A stretch of 64,000 nucleotides of DNA, taken from the NCBI GenBank assembly GCA_041690135.1, contig JAWLHY010000004.1, positions 128,001 through 192,000 of the forward strand, written 5' to 3'. A program made the position numbers and the translations under genes. How positions within the stretch are numbered: position 1 is the first letter of the stretch; every line of letters begins with the position of its first letter. The notes beneath the pieces were generated by a model that did no database searches, was not told the origin of the DNA, and was given only the letters and a program-made list of their open reading frames with translations. Source of the DNA: Armatimonadota bacterium (GTDB lineage Bacteria; Armatimonadota; SYMT01). Shown here piece by piece: positions 58,842 to 64,000 of this stretch.

Positions 58842-59761
58842 TGGCGGAACATACCTTCCAGCCCACCCACTACCACCGCACCCTGGGCTCTCACGCCCCG
58901 GTCCTCCGCATCGCCGATGGGGACACGGTCCACACCACCACCGTCGACGCGGGCGGCAAGGACTTCCGCGGAGAGCAGGTCACCCCCGGCGGCAACCCGC
59001 AGACCGGCCCCTTCTATGTGGAAGGGGCCGAGCCGGGCGATACGCTGGCAGTCACCTTCGACCGCCTGTACCCGAACCGCGACTGGGGCTACACCGCCAC
59101 GGTGGTAGCCCCCAACGTGGTCGATCCCCACCACGCGCGCCAGCTTCCCAGCGGAGGCCGGGCCGAGTGGCGCATCGACCGGGAGCAAGGGACGGCCACG
59201 CTCGTGAGCCCGGAAACCAGGCTTGGCAACCTGACCCTCCCCCTCCGGCCGATGCTGGGCTGCTTCGGGGTCGCGCCACCACTGGAGCAGGCGATCTCCA
59301 CCGCTACCTCCGCCGAGCACGGCGGAAACATGGACTACCGGGGCTTTACCGAAGGGGTGACGGTCTACTTTCCCGTGTTCGCCCCCGGCGCGCTCCTGCA
59401 CGTGGGAGACGGGCATGCCATCCAGGGCGACGGAGAGATCGTCGGCACCGGCATCGAGATCAGCTTCGACGTCACCTTCACCGTCCGCGTCTTGAAGGGC
59501 AAGAAGATCCACTGGCCCCGGGGCGAAAACGCCGACTACCTCTTCACCGTCGGCAACGCGCGCCCGCTCGACCAGTGCGTCCAGCACGCCACCTCCGAGA
59601 TGCTCAGGTGGCTGGAGGAGGACTACGGCCTCGACGCCATTGCCGCCAGCCTCCTCCTCGGCCAATGCGTCGAGTACGACCTCGGCAACATCTTCGACCC
59701 CGCCTACACCATGGTCTGCAAGGTCCCCAAGCGCCACCTGCCCGCCGCAGCCAGCACCTGA
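58841..59761 (+). CDS. Acetamidase/formamidase family protein
   Basis: TGPFYVEGAEPGD, HGGNMD and GDGHAIQGDGE; TAATG overlap with the A2M stop. Confidence 0.92.
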   Translation: MAEHTFQPTHYHRTLGSHAPVLRIADGDTVHTTTVDAGGKDFRGEQVTPGGNPQTGPFYVEGAEPGDTLAVTFDRLYPNRDWGYTATVVAPNVVDPHHARQLPSGGRAEWRIDREQGTATLVSPETRLGNLTLPLRPMLGCFGVAPPLEQAISTATSAEHGGNMDYRGFTEGVTVYFPVFAPGALLHVGDGHAIQGDGEIVGTGIEISFDVTFTVRVLKGKKIHWPRGENADYLFTVGNARPLDQCVQHATSEMLRWLEEDYGLDAIAASLLLGQCVEYDLGNIFDPAYTMVCKVPKRHLPAAAST

Positions 59762-59917
59762 TTCCCTACTCCGACCGTTGCGCTTCTCCATTGGTGAGCA
59801 AGGTTCAGGCTTCGTGCCGCGATGAGCTACAGGCACGCTCCAGTTCGTTTCGTAGTTTTGGGTGAGCGTGAGGAGCGAGAGCAGACGGACCGAGGGATAG
59901 TGGCCGTCTTATTCCCC

Positions 59918-60092
59918 CGTGTCTCTCCGTCCAATCCGTGTCATCCGTGTCAGAAGCCCGGGAACTGCGAAACGAACTCCCCTCATCGCCCTCCTCCGTG
60001 CCCATCCGTCCGATCTGTGTAATCCGTGTCAGAAACTCGGAGGATGCGGAGCTCTGCGTCGCTTCGCGTCCCTTCTGTGTCCCTCTGTGTCG
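59918..60092. repeat. Intergenic ATCCGTG/CTCTGTG short tandem repeats
   Basis: tccgtccaatccgtgtcatccgtgtcagaa and atccgtccgatctgtgtaatccgtgtcagaa blocks. Confidence 0.6.
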
Positions 60093-60112
60093 AAAAGAAG
60101 CTCGCTTCAGGC

Positions 60113-61132
60113 TTAGACGCCGACATACCGCGCATAAAGCCCTCGCGCTATGCTCTCCTCGGTGGTGCCCTGGATAACGGCCCGGCCGTCGGGGAAGAGG
60201 GTGATGCCATGCTCGCCCACGCGGAACTTCAGGAGGAAAGGGTTCACCGTCACCTCGCCCAGAGGGCGGAGGCGCTCCGCCATGGCGGCCAGGTCGAGCG
60301 TCGCCGGCCGGGTAGGGGTGATCTGGATGGCGTTGCGACCGCACAGCGAGGTCGCATGGCTGGCGGCCCCCACCTCCAGGTAAGGAAACTGCCGCTGGGC
60401 GCAGCACGGACAGTCCTCCCCGCGCTTCAGGTTGAAGACGTGCCAGGAGAGGTCCCAGACATCCAGCTGAACCAGGCCGTCCGTCCGCGCGTCTTCCGCC
60501 CCCAGCAGCCACTTCAGGCCCTGGGTCGCGGCCAGGGACGCGATCACGCTCACGGCGGGGCCGAGCACGCCGGCCGTGTCGCAGGTCGCGGAGGTGCCCG
60601 GAGGTGGCGGGTCGGGGAAGAGGCAGCGCAGGCAGGGGGTCTCACCGGGCCGGACCAATAGCGTCATGCCGTAAGTCGAAACGGCGCCGCAGTACACCCA
60701 CGGGGTCCCGGCTTCCACGCACGCGTCGTTCACCAGGTAGCGGGTCTCGAAGTTGTCGGTGCCGTCCATCACCAGGTCGGCGCCCGCGATCAGCTCCCGG
60801 ATATTCCCGGCGTTCACGTCCGCGACCACCCCGTCGATGGAGATCTCGCTGTTCACCGCCCGCAGCCGGGCCGCCGCGGCGCTCGCCTTCGGGACGTTAT
60901 TGCGGACATCATCCTCGTCGTAGAGGAGCTGCCGCTGCAGGTTATTCCACTCCACCCAGTCCCGGTCCACGATCCGCAAATATCCCACCCCCGCCCGCGC
61001 CAGGTGGTTCGCGATCACCGTCCCCGTCGCCCCGCACCCCACCACCGTCACGCGGCTCTCCAGCAGCTTCCGCTGCCCCGCCTCCCCCACCATCGGGAGG
61101 ACCACCTGTCTCGCGTAGCGTTCCGGTATCAT
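60113..61132 (-). CDS. ThiF/MoeB-family adenylyltransferase
   Basis: RYARQ, GCGATG, DRDWVEWNNLQRQ, DGTDNFETR, CLRC/CPCC zinc motifs and LCGRNAIQI. Confidence 0.92.
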   Translation of the reverse strand: MIPERYARQVVLPMVGEAGQRKLLESRVTVVGCGATGTVIANHLARAGVGYLRIVDRDWVEWNNLQRQLLYDEDDVRNNVPKASAAAARLRAVNSEISIDGVVADVNAGNIRELIAGADLVMDGTDNFETRYLVNDACVEAGTPWVYCGAVSTYGMTLLVRPGETPCLRCLFPDPPPPGTSATCDTAGVLGPAVSVIASLAATQGLKWLLGAEDARTDGLVQLDVWDLSWHVFNLKRGEDCPCCAQRQFPYLEVGAASHATSLCGRNAIQITPTRPATLDLAAMAERLRPLGEVTVNPFLLKFRVGEHGITLFPDGRAVIQGTTEESIARGLYARYVGV

Positions 61133-61586
61133 CGTGATCTCAAGCGGCGTCTGCAAAAAAGAGCCCCCTACGGACGTGAAGGCGTCAACTTCGCCCCGTA
61201 ATCACCACTCTGCAGTGGACGTAGGCTCCCCCTCCTCCGTGCGGACCGGGTATCCACGAGTGGGTAATGGGCCACGTCGGAAGGTTTTGCGCCTCAAGGG
61301 GATGGAGCAGAGGCTTGCGCGTTAACCTTGCGGTGAAACAACTGTGAGTGCGTCGGAAGCGAACTGATCCTCCACCTCGGCTTGAGCGTAGATTCCCCCT
61401 TCTCTGCGTCGGAGAGGTTTACGCCCCGAGGGGGTGGGGCAGGGGGATGAGGTTACCCTGCGCACCGCACCCGCCAGAGTCAACGCACCGCCGAGATGAT
61501 GCCATAAGGGTCACCGCACCTGCCCAAGTTAAAAGCTCAGCGGGCAATCCTGAAGGGTGCCTCTTACCCCCACACCGCCCCGAGCT

Positions 61587-61673
61587 CCGCCGCCCCTCCA
61601 GGGCGGGAAATTCGTTAACCCCAGCATCCGGGGGTTAACACCCCCGGCTAATTTCCGCCGCCCCTCCGGGGCT
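61587..61673. repeat. REP/MITE-like palindromic element, copy 2 (inverted relative to copy 1)
   Basis: Reverse complement reads AGCCCCGGAGGGGCGGCGGAAATTAGCCGGGGGTGTTAACCCCCGGATG...CCCTGGAGGGGCG. Confidence 0.7.
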
Positions 61674-61941
61674 AACGCACGCCACGCCCTGGGCTCATCA
61701 TCAACCCCGCGCCCCTTCGTACCATCCCCTCTTCTTCCCTTCCTTTGCATCCTTTGAGGCTGTCTTCATCTAATGCGCACTGTCTAGCCATTGCCCCTTC
61801 GCACCATTCCCTCTTCCCCTTCCCTTTTCCGCGCCTTTCCGCGCCTTCCGCGGGCAATCCCTCTTCTTCCCTTCCTTTGCGGCCCTTTGCGGTTCTTTGC
61901 GCCGCCGTTCGGGCCCGTATGGGTTTGCGGTTAAACCCGGA

Positions 61942-62766
61942 TTAGCTCCGTGCCCCGAGGTTGCGCATGATCCTGTCCGTTTCGCGGTAGGCCTCGGTGA
62001 CCCACTCCACGATCTTCTCCGGCTCGGGCGAGTATTCCAGCTCGATGCTGACCACCCCGTCGTACCCGGTCTGCTGGATCGCCGCCAGGTAATCCTGGAT
62101 GGGGGTCACGCCCCGGCCGGGGGGCAGGTCGCCGTGGACCTTGCCGTCGCAGTCCGAGAGATGGACGTGGCTGATCCGGCCCGCCAGCCGGGCCACCTCC
62201 TCGATCGGTGTGCGGACCAGGTCGAGGTGGCTGATGTCGCAGTTGGCGCGGACGGTGTTGGGCAGCGCTACGTCGTCGAGGAACCGGACCATCGTGTCCA
62301 CGCTGTTCACCAGCGACAGCTTGAACGGCTCCAGCTCGATGGCGATCTCCAGGCCCAGGGAAGCGGCGTACTCGCCGGCCTTGCGGACGTTCTCCACGCC
62401 GATCTGCCACTGCTCCGCCGGCGGGATCACCTGCTGCTCCCAGATGTACTCGCCGATCACCAGGAGCAGGTTCTTCGCCTCGAACTCGTAGCACATGTCG
62501 AGGTAGGCCTTTACCCGGTCGAGGTGAAAGCGCTGGACACTGGGGTTGAAGTCGATCAGGCCCACGGCCACGCAGCAGACAGAAACGATCGGCAGCCCCA
62601 GCTCATCCGCGGTGTCCTTGATCAGCTTCCGCTCCCGGACGTCGGCGTCCAGCGGGTCGGCGAAGATGTCGATGGTATCGAACCCGATCTCCTTCGTCTT
62701 GTAGAGCCCGAAGGCGGTCTCGCGGCCGGCCTGCGCCCAGGCCGAGTTGATCAATCCTAGTTTCAC
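61942..62766 (-). CDS. Sugar phosphate isomerase/epimerase (xylose-isomerase-like TIM barrel)
   Basis: Metal-ligand motifs AIELEP, DISH, HVHLSD and SIELE; GDLPPGRG. Confidence 0.88.
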   Translation of the reverse strand: MKLGLINSAWAQAGRETAFGLYKTKEIGFDTIDIFADPLDADVRERKLIKDTADELGLPIVSVCCVAVGLIDFNPSVQRFHLDRVKAYLDMCYEFEAKNLLLVIGEYIWEQQVIPPAEQWQIGVENVRKAGEYAASLGLEIAIELEPFKLSLVNSVDTMVRFLDDVALPNTVRANCDISHLDLVRTPIEEVARLAGRISHVHLSDCDGKVHGDLPPGRGVTPIQDYLAAIQQTGYDGVVSIELEYSPEPEKIVEWVTEAYRETDRIMRNLGARS

Positions 62767-62787
62767 TAGACCCCTCCCTTTTGAGGA

Positions 62788-63843
62788 TTACAGAAGTCCC
62801 GCTTCTCGCAGCAGCCGCTGCAACACCGGCTCGATCTGCCGCCGCAGTGTCTCGTTGGCGTAGGCGATCCACCCTACGTTATGGTGGACATCCAGCGGCG
62901 CGTCCAGCGGCCCACCCAGCGCATCGGTAACGATCACGCCCGCTTCTCGCGCGATCAGTTCGGTGCAAAGGTCGTAGGGATGGGCGCAGAGCCGCGCCAC
63001 CCCTTCCCCGGCGCAGGCACGCGGCAGGATCAGCGGACGCAGGTCCGCCACGAACCGGTCGTGCCCCACCATCACCTCGTAGAGCTGCCCTCCGCTCGAG
63101 ATGTACTCGTCGTCGAACACCTGGGGCGTGCCGTCCACCGGTGGTCCCAGCAACTCGTGAAAGAGCGTCTCCTCAAGGCGGGCGGTGAGCTCCTTGCCGC
63201 CGGGGAAGAACTTGGCGATGGTCGCGAACCCGTGCCGCAGATCCGTGGCCCCACTGGGGCAGATCGCCGCCGACCCCACCGGCTGCGGAACGTCGGTCGT
63301 GAGGTCGTAGGTCGTTCCGCGGGCGCCCTGTCCGGCAATGGCGGTGCACTGGTCGGCGTAGCGGGCGCGGGTGGTGGGCACCTCGGTCATGGCGGACCAG
63401 CGGATATCTCGGAGACCGGTCGCCTCGCCGCGCTCGGGCGCCACTCCGGACAGGATCCAGGCACTCCGCTTGTTGTACATCAACCCCCGGGTACCGTCGA
63501 TCGGGTCGACGATCAGCCGAAACCGGGCGGAAGCGCGGGCGGCGCCGGCGGGGAACATTCGCTCCCCGCTCTCCGTGATGCCTTCCGCGATCAGCAGGAA
63601 AGGGGCCTCCCGCGACCACTCCTCACAGAACTCGACCAGGATCTCCTCGCCCTTCTGGTCGATCCGATAGATGACATCCCCGCCCCGTACTTCGGTAACT
63701 GCCGCGCGTTCCTCGGCGGTGGTCCGCAGCATCTGCTCGCGCAGGCCGCGGAGCATCCGCCCGTGCAGCTCGGTCAGGGCGGGGATTACGCCCCAGGGGT
63801 CGTCCGGGTTGGACGGTCCAGGTCGAGGGCCCCCCGTCATCAA
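62788..63843 (-). CDS. Inositol monophosphatase family protein
   Basis: IAEG, IVDPIDGT and HPYD...LIAREAG motifs. Confidence 0.85.
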   Translation of the reverse strand: MMTGGPRPGPSNPDDPWGVIPALTELHGRMLRGLREQMLRTTAEERAAVTEVRGGDVIYRIDQKGEEILVEFCEEWSREAPFLLIAEGITESGERMFPAGAARASARFRLIVDPIDGTRGLMYNKRSAWILSGVAPERGEATGLRDIRWSAMTEVPTTRARYADQCTAIAGQGARGTTYDLTTDVPQPVGSAAICPSGATDLRHGFATIAKFFPGGKELTARLEETLFHELLGPPVDGTPQVFDDEYISSGGQLYEVMVGHDRFVADLRPLILPRACAGEGVARLCAHPYDLCTELIAREAGVIVTDALGGPLDAPLDVHHNVGWIAYANETLRRQIEPVLQRLLREAGLL

Positions 63844-64000
63844 GCAGTGCCGCCCTGCACCACCGGATTGCGGAGGGTGCCGATCCCCTCCACGGTGATG
63901 CTCACGTTATCCCCCGCTTCCAGGGTGAAGTCGTCGCCCGGCACCAGGCCCGTACCTGTCAGCAGGAAGGCGCCGTGCGGGAAAACGTTGTCGCGGCCCA
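63840..64000 (-). CDS. Fumarylacetoacetate hydrolase family protein, C-terminal end (partial)
   Basis: Minus strand reads ...FPHGAFLLTGTGLVPGDDFTLEAGDNVSITVEGIGTLRNPVVQGGTA then stop. Confidence 0.85.
   Translation of the reverse strand, partial: GRDNVFPHGAFLLTGTGLVPGDDFTLEAGDNVSITVEGIGTLRNPVVQGGTA

Noticed and set aside
60113-61132. ThiF protein as a RiPP-modifying enzyme
   Set aside because: Ordinary MoeB-like architecture with no RRE or adjacent precursor.
1-64000. tRNA, rRNA, integrase or transposase genes
   Set aside because: None recognisable by eye; tRNAscan and ISEScan were not run.

Overview
GC-rich bacterial chromosomal window with about 50 genes. The DUF1553/DUF1501 genes, prepilins, GAAC-N4-GTTC LexA boxes and SigB/SigF-like promoters would fit Armatimonadota or another Terrabacteria lineage; this taxonomy is inference only. 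Core and metabolic genes include gltB-gltD, lexA, sbcC, udk, a cytidylate kinase, a Fur regulator, Hsp20, two GH1-like enzymes, a ThiF/MoeB protein and a thioester alpha-2-macroglobulin. The standout is a compact lasso-peptide (RiPP) cluster at about 11.5-17.7 kb. It encodes a nucleotidyltransferase, a B2 leader peptidase, a cyclase, a 60-aa precursor with predicted core DGGGAFVDGLGTSQI (unusual Asp1), an HPr-kinase-like kinase, and a type I phosphoribosyltransferase fused to the cluster's only recognisable RRE/PqqD (B1) domain. This suggests an undescribed, leader-directed phosphoribosylation of a lasso peptide. Other signals: a recurrent SigB/SigF-type promoter motif before nine genes, many of them stress-type; a heptamer-repeat element inserted in frame in a DUF1553 protein; a long gltB leader containing a terminator; LexA boxes at lexA and sbcC; a decayed ParE/RelE toxin-antitoxin pair; and several dispersed repeat families. 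All family calls come from reading motifs by eye, not from database searches.
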